NCBI GenBank assembly: GCA_964500965.1
Contig: CAZCQZ010000001.1
Span: forward strand, 58,168 to 122,167
DNA: 64,000 bases
Direction: 5' to 3'
Source: an uncultured Eubacteriales bacterium
GTDB lineage: Bacteria; Bacillota; Clostridia; Oscillospirales; Acutalibacteraceae
Shown: positions 37,390 to 48,221 of the stretch, one piece after another
Numbering within the stretch: the stretch's first letter is position 1
How the letters are laid out: every line of letters begins with the position of its first letter
Notes under the pieces: generated by a model
What the model saw: only the letters and a program-made list of their open reading frames with translations
What the model was told of the DNA's origin: nothing
Database searches by the model: none
Made by a program: the position numbers and the translations under genes

Positions 37390-38880
37390 ATGAAAAAACA
37401 GAAAAGATTTCCCCGTGGCGCGGGAATTTTGATGCCTATTTCTTCCTTGCCGTCACCCTACGGAATAGGAACAATGGGCAAAGAAGCATACCGCTTTGCG
37501 GATTTTCTTGCGGCGGCAGGACAAAAATACTGGCAGGTGCTTCCGGTTGGACCTACAAGCTACGGAGATTCACCTTACCAGTCATTTTCGGCTTTTGCCG
37601 GAAATCCTTATTTTATCGACCTCGATACGCTGATTGACGAGGGCTTGCTGAAAAAGTCCGATGTTTCATGCGAGGATTGGGGCGATAACGCTGAAAAGGT
37701 CGATTATGCCAAAATTTACGAAGCACGTTTTAAAGTGCTGAAAAAAGCCTATGCGAGGCAGGATAAAAGCTCTGCGGATTTTCTTTCCTTTAAGGAAAAA
37801 AACAGGGAAGCTCTTGAAGATTACTGCTTCTATATGGCGCTGAAAATCAAGTTTGACAATAAATCCTGGCTTGAATGGGACGAGCCTATCAGAATGAGAG
37901 AGCAGGAGACTGTCAACAGCTATAAAAAGGCTCTTGCCGATGAAATTGATTTCTGGTGGTTTACCCAGTACAAGTTTTACGAGCAGTGGAATAAGCTGAG
38001 AAATTATGTCAACAATATGGGCGTGCAGATTATCGGAGACATTCCCATTTATGTTGCAATGGACAGCGCAGACACATGGGCTTTTCCGGAGCAGTTCCAA
38101 CTCGACGAAAGAAAACGTCCGACTGCCGTGGCAGGCGTGCCGCCGGATTATTTTTCGGCTACCGGTCAGCTTTGGGGCAATCCCCTTTACAACTGGGATT
38201 TCATGCTTGAGGACGGCTTTTCCTGGTGGAAAAAGAGAATGACTTTCTCCGCAAAGCTCTACGACATCATACGTATTGACCATTTTATCGGAATAGTTCG
38301 CTATTATTCAATTCCCGCAGACAGTGAAACGGCGATGAACGGTCAGTATTTTGACGGTCCCGGCATACATCTCATCGAAGCCATAAACGAAGCCATAGGC
38401 GAATCCAAAATAATCGCGGAGGATTTGGGCGTAGCCTTAAAGCCTGTTCAGCAGTTGCTTAAAAAGGTGGGCTATCCGGGCATGAAAGTTCTCGTGTTCG
38501 GCTTTGACAGCGATGCAAAGAATGTGTTTTTGCCGCACCATTACGAAGCAAATTACGTTTGCTACGGCGGAACTCATGACAATGATACGCTTGTCGGTTA
38601 TTTTGCAAAGCAGAAGCCGAAGCAGCTTCGTTTCATAAAGGATTACCTGAATGTAAAGCGCACCTGCGATATGCCGAAAGCGGCAATAAAGCTCGGCTAT
38701 GCAAGCGTCGCAGACACGGTCATTTTCCAGATGCAGGATTATCTGGAGCTTGGAAACGAGGCTCGGATAAACTATCCGTCAACTGTCGGCGGCAACTGGG
38801 AATGGCGTGCGAAAGCGGATTACCTTACCGATGAGCTGGTCGAAAGAATCAAAAAGCTTACCGTAACATATGACAGATAG
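37390..38880 (+). CDS. malQ: 4-alpha-glucanotransferase (GH77 amylomaltase)
   Basis: RGAGILMPISSLPSPYGIGT, YQSFSAFAGNPYFIDL, IIGDIPIYV. ATG 37390 behind GAGGAGGAAG. Confidence 0.93.
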   Translation: MKKQKRFPRGAGILMPISSLPSPYGIGTMGKEAYRFADFLAAAGQKYWQVLPVGPTSYGDSPYQSFSAFAGNPYFIDLDTLIDEGLLKKSDVSCEDWGDNAEKVDYAKIYEARFKVLKKAYARQDKSSADFLSFKEKNREALEDYCFYMALKIKFDNKSWLEWDEPIRMREQETVNSYKKALADEIDFWWFTQYKFYEQWNKLRNYVNNMGVQIIGDIPIYVAMDSADTWAFPEQFQLDERKRPTAVAGVPPDYFSATGQLWGNPLYNWDFMLEDGFSWWKKRMTFSAKLYDIIRIDHFIGIVRYYSIPADSETAMNGQYFDGPGIHLIEAINEAIGESKIIAEDLGVALKPVQQLLKKVGYPGMKVLVFGFDSDAKNVFLPHHYEANYVCYGGTHDNDTLVGYFAKQKPKQLRFIKDYLNVKRTCDMPKAAIKLGYASVADTVIFQMQDYLELGNEARINYPSTVGGNWEWRAKADYLTDELVERIKKLTVTYDR

Positions 38881-38894
38881 ATTCGGAGGATAAT

Positions 38895-41228
38895 ATGAAC
38901 GAAATTTATAAAAACGACATTGAAAAAATACTTGAGCTATCCGGCAAAACCGTTGCTACCGCAAGCGTAAAGGAGCTTTACGATGCGGTTTCACGTGCAG
39001 CCTGCGCCTATGCTTACAAAAACCGCGACAATACCGAAAAGCCCAAAAGAGCGGCATATCTTTCCGCGGAATTTCTTGTGGGCAGACTTGTTTACAACAA
39101 CCTTATGAATCTCGGCTTGCTTGAGGATACCCGGAAAATCCTTGCGGCTGAGGGCAGAGATATTGCCATGTTTGAGGAAATAGAGGACGATGCGCTGGGT
39201 AACGGCGGTCTGGGCAGACTTGCCGCCTGTTTCCTTGATTCCGCCGCAACTCACGATATTCCCCTTGACGGTTACGGAATCCGTTACCGTTACGGACTTT
39301 TCAAGCAGAAAATTGAAAACGGCTTCCAGAAAGAATATGCCGATGATTGGATGAAGTGCGGCGACCCCTGGTCTGTAAGACGTGAGGACGAAGCAATACT
39401 CATCGAATATGCCGACCAGAGCGTGTGGGCAGTGCCTTACGATATGCCGGTAATCGGTTACGGCGGAAAGACTGTTAATACCCTCAGACTTTGGCAGAGC
39501 GAGCCGGTAAACAATTTCGATTTTGACAAATTTAACAGAAATCTCCGTGGGGAATCCGTTGAGGAGAGAATCAAAGCGGAGCAAATATCCGATACCCTTT
39601 ACCCCAATGACGAAACCGAGGAGGGTAAACGTCTGCGCTTAAAGCAGCAGTATTTCTTCTCGGCGGCATCGGTGCGTGATATGGTCAGAAAATACGAAGC
39701 AAAGTACGGCAGTGACTACAGCCATTTTGCGGACACCTATGCCATTCAGCTTAATGACACCCACCCTGTCGTAGCGATTCCGGAGCTTATGAGAATCCTT
39801 GTTGACGAAAAGGGACTTGACTTTGAAAGCGCATTTGCAATAGCTCAGAAAACCTTTGCCTACACAAACCACACAGTCATGGCAGAGGCTCTCGAAAAAT
39901 GGAGTACAAAGCTGTTCTTCAGCGTAATTCCGCAGGTTTATGATTTTGTCGTAATGATTGACAGACATATGCGCGACGAATTTATGAAGAAAGGCATTAA
40001 GGGCAAGGATTCCGAAATTTATCACATTATCAGCGGCGGACTTATTCACATGGCACGCCTGGCTATTTACGCAGGTCATTCTATTAACGGCGTTGCGTGG
40101 CTGCATACCGAAATACTCAAGGACGATGCTCTTAAAGAATGGTATGCCGTATATCCGGAACGCTTTAATAACAAGACAAACGGCATAACCCAGAGAAGAT
40201 GGCTTGCTCTTGCCAATCCTCAGCTTTCAAAATTTATTACCGAACGTATCGGAGACGGCTGGATAAAGAATCTTGACGAGCTTAAAAAGCTTGAAGCCTA
40301 TCTTGATGACAACAAGGCAATCGAAGAATTTATGAATATCAAGAAAGCCAAGAAAGAGGAGCTTGCGGAGTTTGTAAAGGCTCATGACGGAAAGCTTCTT
40401 GATTCCGCTTATGTTTTCGATATTCAGATAAAGCGTCTCCACGAATACAAGCGCCAGCTTATGAACGCACTTTCCATTCTGTATATTTACTACGGAATCA
40501 AGGACGGAAGCATTAAAAACATGAATCCCACTGCCTTTATATTCGGAGCAAAGGCAGCACCGGGCTATTATCGTGCAAAGGGTATTATTAAGCTGATTAA
40601 CGAGATTGGAAACCTTGTAAATTCCGACCCCGATGTAAACGATAAGCTTCAGGTGGTCTTTGTCGAAAACTACAACGTGACCTATGCGGAAAAGCTCACC
40701 CCTGCCGCCGATATTTCCGAGCAGATTTCCACCGCAGGTACAGAAGCCTCCGGCACAGGTAATATGAAATTTATGCTTAACGGTGCGGTGACTCTCGGCA
40801 CATATGACGGTGCAAATGTTGAGATAGTCCGTGAAGCAGGGGAAGAAAACAACTATATTTTCGGCGCAAGGGTTGAGGATATAAAGGCTATTGAAAGCAC
40901 CTATGACTCCATGAAGCTGTACAACGAAAATCCGCGTATCAAGCAGGTTATGGACACCCTTGTTGACGGTACTCTCGATGATAATGATACGGGAATGTTC
41001 CGCGAGCTTTACAACGCCATTCTCAAGGGCGCAAGCTGGCACAAGCCCGACCATTATTATATTCTCCTTGACCTCGTTCCCTACTGTGAAAGAAAGCTTC
41101 AGGCAATTGCCGATTATTCGGACAGCAAAGCCTTTGCAAGAAAGTGCCTTGCAAACGTGGCAAACGCAGGAGCATTTTCAAGTGACAGAACAATCATCGA
41201 ATACGCAAAGGAAATCTGGAACGTATAA
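38895..41228 (+). CDS. glgP: glycogen/maltodextrin phosphorylase (GT35)
   Basis: LGNGGLGRLAACFLDS and the PLP-lysine block EASGTGNMKFMLNGA. 777 aa. Confidence 0.95.
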   Translation: MNEIYKNDIEKILELSGKTVATASVKELYDAVSRAACAYAYKNRDNTEKPKRAAYLSAEFLVGRLVYNNLMNLGLLEDTRKILAAEGRDIAMFEEIEDDALGNGGLGRLAACFLDSAATHDIPLDGYGIRYRYGLFKQKIENGFQKEYADDWMKCGDPWSVRREDEAILIEYADQSVWAVPYDMPVIGYGGKTVNTLRLWQSEPVNNFDFDKFNRNLRGESVEERIKAEQISDTLYPNDETEEGKRLRLKQQYFFSAASVRDMVRKYEAKYGSDYSHFADTYAIQLNDTHPVVAIPELMRILVDEKGLDFESAFAIAQKTFAYTNHTVMAEALEKWSTKLFFSVIPQVYDFVVMIDRHMRDEFMKKGIKGKDSEIYHIISGGLIHMARLAIYAGHSINGVAWLHTEILKDDALKEWYAVYPERFNNKTNGITQRRWLALANPQLSKFITERIGDGWIKNLDELKKLEAYLDDNKAIEEFMNIKKAKKEELAEFVKAHDGKLLDSAYVFDIQIKRLHEYKRQLMNALSILYIYYGIKDGSIKNMNPTAFIFGAKAAPGYYRAKGIIKLINEIGNLVNSDPDVNDKLQVVFVENYNVTYAEKLTPAADISEQISTAGTEASGTGNMKFMLNGAVTLGTYDGANVEIVREAGEENNYIFGARVEDIKAIESTYDSMKLYNENPRIKQVMDTLVDGTLDDNDTGMFRELYNAILKGASWHKPDHYYILLDLVPYCERKLQAIADYSDSKAFARKCLANVANAGAFSSDRTIIEYAKEIWNV

Positions 41229-41251
41229 CGAAGTCGCTACGATTTAAAAAC

Positions 41252-41289
41252 AAAAATCCGTGGGTAATGAAAATTACCCACGGATTTTT
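41252..41289. terminator. bidirectional terminator between glgP and gdhA
   Basis: AAAAATCCGTGGGTAAT-gaaa-ATTACCCACGGATTTTT: a perfect 17-bp stem with A and T tracts. Confidence 0.7.
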
Positions 41290-41305
41290 GTTTTACAATA
41301 TCAAA

Positions 41306-42715
<1,410 letters not shown>

Positions 42716-42821
42716 TTAAATTGCAATAGTGATTTTTTTCAAAATTGAGGCTCTTTAAGCATAAATTTGTATAAAAAATATGTAGAGAGCGGTAAATTCA
42801 TGAACACTTCACAAAACACCC

Positions 42822-42850
42822 TTGATTTTCCGTACACAATGAGCTACAAT
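42822..42850 (+). promoter_or_regulatory. htpG sigma-A promoter
   Basis: TTGATT-17 nt-TACAAT. Confidence 0.55.
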
Positions 42851-42857
42851 ACAAAAG

Positions 42858-42884
42858 CTGGCACTCGGAACGCTAGAGTGCTAA
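42858..42884 (+). promoter_or_regulatory. CIRCE-like HrcA operator
   Basis: Observed CTGGCACTC-N9-GAGTGCTAA against the consensus TTAGCACTC-N9-GAGTGCTAA. The right arm matches 9/9, the left arm 7/9, and the spacer is exactly 9 nt. It lies 7 nt after the -10 box. Confidence 0.75.
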
Positions 42885-42911
42885 TTCAGATTTTGCAAAG
42901 AGGTTTTACAC

Positions 42912-44795
42912 ATGAGAAAAAAACAGTTTAAAGCCGAGTCCAAGCGTTTGCTTGACCTGATGATTAACTCCATTTACACCCACAGGGAAATTTTTATCAG
43001 AGAGCTTATTTCCAATGCCAGCGATGCAATTGATAAGCTCTATTACCGTTCCCTTGAGGGAGGAATAATGGGTCTTAACCGCGACGCTTTTTCCATTGAG
43101 ATTGACGCGGACAGCGAAAAAAGAACGCTTACAATAACCGATAACGGCTGCGGTATGACAAAGGAGGAGCTTGAAAGCAACCTGGGTACTATCGCCCACA
43201 GCGGTTCTCTTGACTTCAAGCAGAACATGGACGAAAAGGAAGAAATCGACGTTATCGGTCAGTTCGGCGTAGGCTTCTATTCCGCATTTATGGTTGCGGA
43301 CAGAATAACCGTGCTCACAAAGGCTTACGGCAGTGACGAAGCGTTTCTCTGGGAATCCGAGGGTGTTGACGGATATACAATAGAGGAAGCGGAAAAAGCG
43401 GAGCATGGCACGGTTATAACCCTTTATCTGCGTGAAAACACCGAAAGCGAGAATTACGACGATTATCTTGACCAATACAAACTTCAGGGACTTATCAAGA
43501 AGTATTCCGATTACATTCGTTACCCCATACGCATGGACGTTACCGATTTCCGCAGAGTTGAGGGCACGGACGGAAAACCCGATGACTATGAAGAAGTGAC
43601 CGAGCGCAAGACGGTCAACAGCATGGTGCCGCTGTGGAAGAAGAACAGGAGCGAAATAACCAAGGAAGAATACGAGGATTTCTACAAACAGAATTTCTAT
43701 GACTATACAGAGCCGCTTAAATACGTGCATATGTATACAGAGGGCGCGGCAAACTTCAATGCGCTGCTTTATATTCCCTCAAAAGCACCGGCAAATTATT
43801 ACACAAAGGAATATGAAAGCGGCTTGAAGCTTTATGCCTCCGGCGTGCTTATCACCGACTGCTGTAAGGATTTGTTGCCCGATTACTTCGGCTTTGTACG
43901 CGGTCTTGTGGATTCTCAGGATTTGTCGCTGAATATTTCCCGTGAAATGCTCCAGCATGACAGACAGTTGAAGCTCATTTCCGGCAGAATCGAAAAGCGC
44001 ATAAAGAGCGAGCTTACAACGATGATGAAGTCCGACAGGGAAAATTACGAAAAGTTCTTCGATGCTTTCGGTTTACAGCTTAAATACGGCATATACAGCG
44101 GCTTCGGCAATAACAACGAGCTGCTTGCGGATTTGCTGTTGTTCGGCTCAAGCAGAGAGGGTAAGTATGTGTCCCTTTCCGAATATGTCAGCGCAATGCC
44201 GGAAGGTCAGAAAGCGATTTATTACGTATGTGCGGAAAGCGAAGCAAAGGCGGCTCTTATGCCTCAAACCGAAATGCTCAGAGACAAGGGCTATGAGATA
44301 CTTTATTTCACACAGGACGTTGATGAGTTTGCAATAAAGATTCTGCGCGAATATGAGGGCAAGGAGTTCTGTTCAGCCGCCGCGGCCGGAGCGGAGCTTG
44401 ACAATGACGAAAGAGTTAAGGAAGCGGAAAAGGTCGCAGAGGAAAAGAAAGACCTGTTTGCCGCAATGACCGAACAGCTTGACGGCAAGGTGGTATCGGT
44501 CAGACCCTCGAAGATTCTGAAAACACACCCTGTCTGCCTGACAACCGAGGGTGAAATATCTCTCGAAATGGAAAAGGTGCTTGCATCAATGCCCAACGGC
44601 GGCGGAATGAAAGCACGCAAGGTGCTTGAAATCAACACCTCCCACCCTGTATTTGAACGTCTTTCGGCACTTGCAAACGAGCCCGAAAAGCTGAAAAAAT
44701 ATTGTGAGCTTCTCTATAATCAGGCACTCCTCATAGAGGGCTTGCCCATTGAAGACCCTGTTGCATTCTCCAATGCAATATGCGAATTGATGTAA
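42912..44795 (+). CDS. htpG: molecular chaperone HtpG (Hsp90)
   Basis: ELISNASDAIDKLYY, ITDNGCGMT, GQFGVGFYSAFMVAD (GHKL ATPase). 627 aa. Confidence 0.95.
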   Translation: MRKKQFKAESKRLLDLMINSIYTHREIFIRELISNASDAIDKLYYRSLEGGIMGLNRDAFSIEIDADSEKRTLTITDNGCGMTKEELESNLGTIAHSGSLDFKQNMDEKEEIDVIGQFGVGFYSAFMVADRITVLTKAYGSDEAFLWESEGVDGYTIEEAEKAEHGTVITLYLRENTESENYDDYLDQYKLQGLIKKYSDYIRYPIRMDVTDFRRVEGTDGKPDDYEEVTERKTVNSMVPLWKKNRSEITKEEYEDFYKQNFYDYTEPLKYVHMYTEGAANFNALLYIPSKAPANYYTKEYESGLKLYASGVLITDCCKDLLPDYFGFVRGLVDSQDLSLNISREMLQHDRQLKLISGRIEKRIKSELTTMMKSDRENYEKFFDAFGLQLKYGIYSGFGNNNELLADLLLFGSSREGKYVSLSEYVSAMPEGQKAIYYVCAESEAKAALMPQTEMLRDKGYEILYFTQDVDEFAIKILREYEGKEFCSAAAAGAELDNDERVKEAEKVAEEKKDLFAAMTEQLDGKVVSVRPSKILKTHPVCLTTEGEISLEMEKVLASMPNGGGMKARKVLEINTSHPVFERLSALANEPEKLKKYCELLYNQALLIEGLPIEDPVAFSNAICELM

Positions 44796-44812
44796 TAAAA
44801 GAATAATATTTA

Positions 44813-44848
44813 AACCGGGCAGTAAAACTTGCGTTTTACTGCCCGGTT
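44813..44848. terminator. bidirectional terminator between htpG and the flippase gene
   Basis: AACCGGGCAGTAAAAC-ttgc-GTTTTACTGCCCGGTT. Confidence 0.6.
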
Positions 44849-44857
44849 AATATTGTT

Positions 44858-46477
44858 TTATGCTGTCTGTTCGGACTTCTTTTCGCTTTTCTTAGATATA
44901 AGCGATTTCAATATCTGAATGAAATCCTTAAATTCGCTCTTTTTATGATAGACAATAATAATGGCAAGGTTCGGAATAATCACGCACAAAGCGCATTTGA
45001 CGAGGAAAACGAGATAGGGATTCATTCCCGTACCGTCGATTAGCTTGCCGATAAAGAATACTCCCACACAGCAGAGCGCGGTAAATCCGAGCTGAGAAAT
45101 CGCGGTTTTAAGATAAACGCTGAGTTTTTTCTTGAAAACATTCTTGTAAACCAGATACGGGTCAAACCACTGCAAAGTCACGATTTGTGCTATGGCAGTG
45201 GCAAGCTTTACGCCGAACATGCCCCAGACAGGTTCAGTGCCGTTGTTACCGAGAATTACGGCAAGAAGCACGGAAAGACCGATGTTAATAAGGGACATAA
45301 CGATAGGACGGTATTTACCCTGCACAAAAAGTCCGTTGGCGTTTCTGAAAGTGCCTACCGGGTGAACAATAGCGGAAAGATAGAAATTCAATGTCAGCAC
45401 CGCACAGATAGCAGGACCGAGCATATATTTTCTGCTGCCCAGCCAAAGATGCATAAAGGGGTCGAGGAGCACAAAGAAAGACACGGAGCAAAAGCAACAG
45501 AGCCAGAATGCCATAAACTGAAGTGTACGGAATGTTTTATACTGCTTCTCGCTGTCGGATTCGGCTGCCATGTTACCGATGCTGGGACTTACGGAATTGT
45601 AAAACTGATTTACTACATTGTTAACCCTTTTGGTAACAAGGGTGTAGTTGCCCAGATAGCCGACATGCACGGTTCCGAACATGACGGAAATAATAATACT
45701 GTCAACGGAGCGAAGCAGAGAGCTGCAAACCTTGTAAATCATCAGCGCACGAATATCCTTGAATATCCGTTTCTGTTCTTCCTTGGGAAGCTTCAGATTT
45801 TTATGCTCTTTAAGCTCCGGATAGCGTTTTTCCGCAACTTTTGATGCCGCATAGTTTTGCAGACGGGTCATTATTATGCCGGAGGCAAGATATACTATAA
45901 ATCTCGGCGTCGGCTCAAGGACATTTTTAAGTGCCAGAAGAATGACCGCTTCGACAATTACTCGCGCAAACGTTCCGATTATATTGACAACGGATACATA
46001 ACGTCGCTCCTGATGAGCCGTCAGCAGGCTGGTCTTATATACAATCAGATAGGAAACGGCGGAATTTATGAGGTAAAGAACATAAATAAGAATAAGCTGA
46101 TTTTCGATTTCCTTCGGAACATCGTTAACAATATATCCGAGGAACGGTATCAGCAAAAGCCCCACGCCCATGATTATCGCGGCAACAAGCTGATAGGCGC
46201 GCTTATAGAAATTCATGAGCATTGCCACTTTTTCATTGTCCTTAGTGGCGATGGGCTTATAAAGCGCATAGGTTATGGCACTGGATATGCCCAGCTCGGC
46301 AAGAGAAAGAGCCGACAGAATATCGGTGAAAAGGCTTGATACGCCGACATATTCCATGCCCAAAAGACGAATGAACAGGGAACGCATTATAAAACCGGTG
46401 ATTATTGTCGCGACCTTTTCACCGATTCCGGCAACAGTATTTAGCAATGTGTTCCTGCTGCGAGATTTACTTGCCAT
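44858..46477 (-). CDS. MOP-superfamily polysaccharide/oligosaccharide flippase (Wzx-like)
   Basis: 539 aa with about 14 hydrophobic segments. The N-terminus NTLLNTVAGIGEKVATIITGFIMRSLFIRLLGMEYVGVSSLF is typical of Wzx / polysaccharide biosynthesis proteins. GGAGGA RBS. Confidence 0.8.
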   Translation of the reverse strand: MASKSRSRNTLLNTVAGIGEKVATIITGFIMRSLFIRLLGMEYVGVSSLFTDILSALSLAELGISSAITYALYKPIATKDNEKVAMLMNFYKRAYQLVAAIIMGVGLLLIPFLGYIVNDVPKEIENQLILIYVLYLINSAVSYLIVYKTSLLTAHQERRYVSVVNIIGTFARVIVEAVILLALKNVLEPTPRFIVYLASGIIMTRLQNYAASKVAEKRYPELKEHKNLKLPKEEQKRIFKDIRALMIYKVCSSLLRSVDSIIISVMFGTVHVGYLGNYTLVTKRVNNVVNQFYNSVSPSIGNMAAESDSEKQYKTFRTLQFMAFWLCCFCSVSFFVLLDPFMHLWLGSRKYMLGPAICAVLTLNFYLSAIVHPVGTFRNANGLFVQGKYRPIVMSLINIGLSVLLAVILGNNGTEPVWGMFGVKLATAIAQIVTLQWFDPYLVYKNVFKKKLSVYLKTAISQLGFTALCCVGVFFIGKLIDGTGMNPYLVFLVKCALCVIIPNLAIIIVYHKKSEFKDFIQILKSLISKKSEKKSEQTA

Positions 46478-46492
46478 TTTTGTCCTCCGAAA

Positions 46493-47164
46493 TTACTTTA
46501 ATCTGTTTGCACTGTCCTTACGACGCTGCATAAGGTATTCGACAATCATTATATCCTGAGGATAGGTAACTTTATAATTGTCATTATAATCGAAGTAGCG
46601 GTACTCGGTTGCTGTCATCGGAAGCTGATGACCCGGATGACAAAGGGGTGAGTTTTTATCAAAATGTTTGTACAAAAGAGGAAAACGATAGGCATCGGGT
46701 GCCTGAATGAGGTAGTAATCCTCTCGGTCGGCAATCCTGTCCTTGTACGAGCCGAGCGCATCGGTGATTTTGTATGCGGTGTTTACGTAGTCGTATTCAT
46801 CAAGCAATGTAAGAAACTCATCAATCAGCTCCGGCGTTATCATGGGACATGCCGCATTGTTTTCAATGATTTTTTCACAGTCGGGCCATGTGCCGTTAAT
46901 ATAATCGAGAGCATTTTTAAAAGACTCGTTTCGGGTGCTGCCGCCTTTTACGGTAGTGACCCCGTAGATATCGCGTATGCGACCGGAAGCCATTTCCTTT
47001 TCATCGACGATGACAATAAAATCGTCGATTTTTTCGGCGCGGCGGAAAGCATCAATAGAATACCAAATCATTTCCTTGCCCAGCACTGTGCAATACTGCT
47101 TTGGCTTGTCCGCGCCGAAACGAGAGCCGATTCCCCCGGCAAGAATAATGCCTATGGAAGTCAT
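46493..47164 (-). CDS. IspD/TarI-family cytidylyltransferase
   Basis: ILAGGIGSRFGADKPKQY, KGGSTRNES, ENNAACPMI, ITDAL, IQAPDAYRF: the IspD/TarI motif series. AAGGGGGA RBS. Confidence 0.8.
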   Translation of the reverse strand: MTSIGIILAGGIGSRFGADKPKQYCTVLGKEMIWYSIDAFRRAEKIDDFIVIVDEKEMASGRIRDIYGVTTVKGGSTRNESFKNALDYINGTWPDCEKIIENNAACPMITPELIDEFLTLLDEYDYVNTAYKITDALGSYKDRIADREDYYLIQAPDAYRFPLLYKHFDKNSPLCHPGHQLPMTATEYRYFDYNDNYKVTYPQDIMIVEYLMQRRKDSANRLK

Positions 47165-47180
47165 TAAAAATCCCCCTTAA

Positions 47181-48221
47181 TCACAAATATACAACGCAGT
47201 TTTTAGGCTTACGTCCCTCAAGCCAGTCGGTTATGCTCTCCTTAACCATTGCCGTGCCGGTTGCCTGAACGTCATAGGACGAGCCGGCAATGTGAGGAGT
47301 AATGATAAGATTTTTCGCGTCAAGCAACGGACAGTTTGAAGCGATAGGCTCAACAACGGTAACGTCAAGTGCCGCACCGGACAGCTTTCCGCTGTTCAGA
47401 GCGGAAATGAGGTCGTTTTCAATGACAAGCTCACCGCGAGATGTATTGATAAAGTATGCGCCGTCCTTCATTTTGTCGAATTTCTCGGCGTTGAACATTC
47501 CCTTTGTCTGAGGCGTTGCCACACAGTGCAGTGAAACAATGTCCGACTTTTCGAGCAGCTCGTCCAAATGAACAGGGCGAATCCTGCCGTCGCAGGATGG
47601 AAATTGTTCTTCGTCGAGATAGGGGTCGTATACGAGAATATTCATGCCGAACACAAGGGCACGCTCCGCAACCTGTCTGCCTGTGTGACCGAATCCGACA
47701 AGTCCCAGCGTCATATAGTTAAGGCTATCGCCACGGAAACGTATAAACGGGCTGTTGTTGTCAAGCCCCCATACGGTATCTCTGTACTCATCGGGCTTTG
47801 TGCTTGCTTCCATTGTGATTACGCGATTATGTATGAGAGAGTTGGTAAGGGAAATATTTCTTGTCATGTCAAGCATGAAACCGATAGTAAGGTCTGCCAC
47901 TGCCGCCGCATTTCGTCCTGCGTTATTGCAGACTATAACGCCTTTTTCCATAGCCTTGTCAAGGTCGATTACGGTTTTAACGCCGCCGCGACAGCATATA
48001 ATGAGCTTCAACCGATTCGCGGCGTCAAAGACCTCTGCATCAATAGTATCATATTCACATATCAGAATATCTATGTCGCGAACACGGGACAACAGCTCTG
48101 CACGGGGCATTACCTCGTGGTCAATGCAGTAGCCGGCGTATTCAAAATCTATTTTGTCGCTGAAAATCTCAAGCTCTGCGCGAATCATTTCGGCAGTAAC
48201 AAGTGCTTTAAGCTTCTTCAT
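47181..48221 (-). CDS. D-isomer-specific 2-hydroxyacid dehydrogenase family protein
   Basis: NAD motif LGLVGFGHTGRQVA. Catalytic-region blocks INTSRGELV, ALDVTVVEP and ITPHIAGSS. The ATG at 48221 overlaps the upstream TGA (ATGA). AAAGGAGTG RBS. Confidence 0.8.
   Translation of the reverse strand: MKKLKALVTAEMIRAELEIFSDKIDFEYAGYCIDHEVMPRAELLSRVRDIDILICEYDTIDAEVFDAANRLKLIICCRGGVKTVIDLDKAMEKGVIVCNNAGRNAAAVADLTIGFMLDMTRNISLTNSLIHNRVITMEASTKPDEYRDTVWGLDNNSPFIRFRGDSLNYMTLGLVGFGHTGRQVAERALVFGMNILVYDPYLDEEQFPSCDGRIRPVHLDELLEKSDIVSLHCVATPQTKGMFNAEKFDKMKDGAYFINTSRGELVIENDLISALNSGKLSGAALDVTVVEPIASNCPLLDAKNLIITPHIAGSSYDVQATGTAMVKESITDWLEGRKPKNCVVYL

Noticed and set aside
42906-43730. 274-aa minus-strand ORF.
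   Set aside because: It is antisense to the N-terminal ATPase domain of htpG. It is a shadow ORF.
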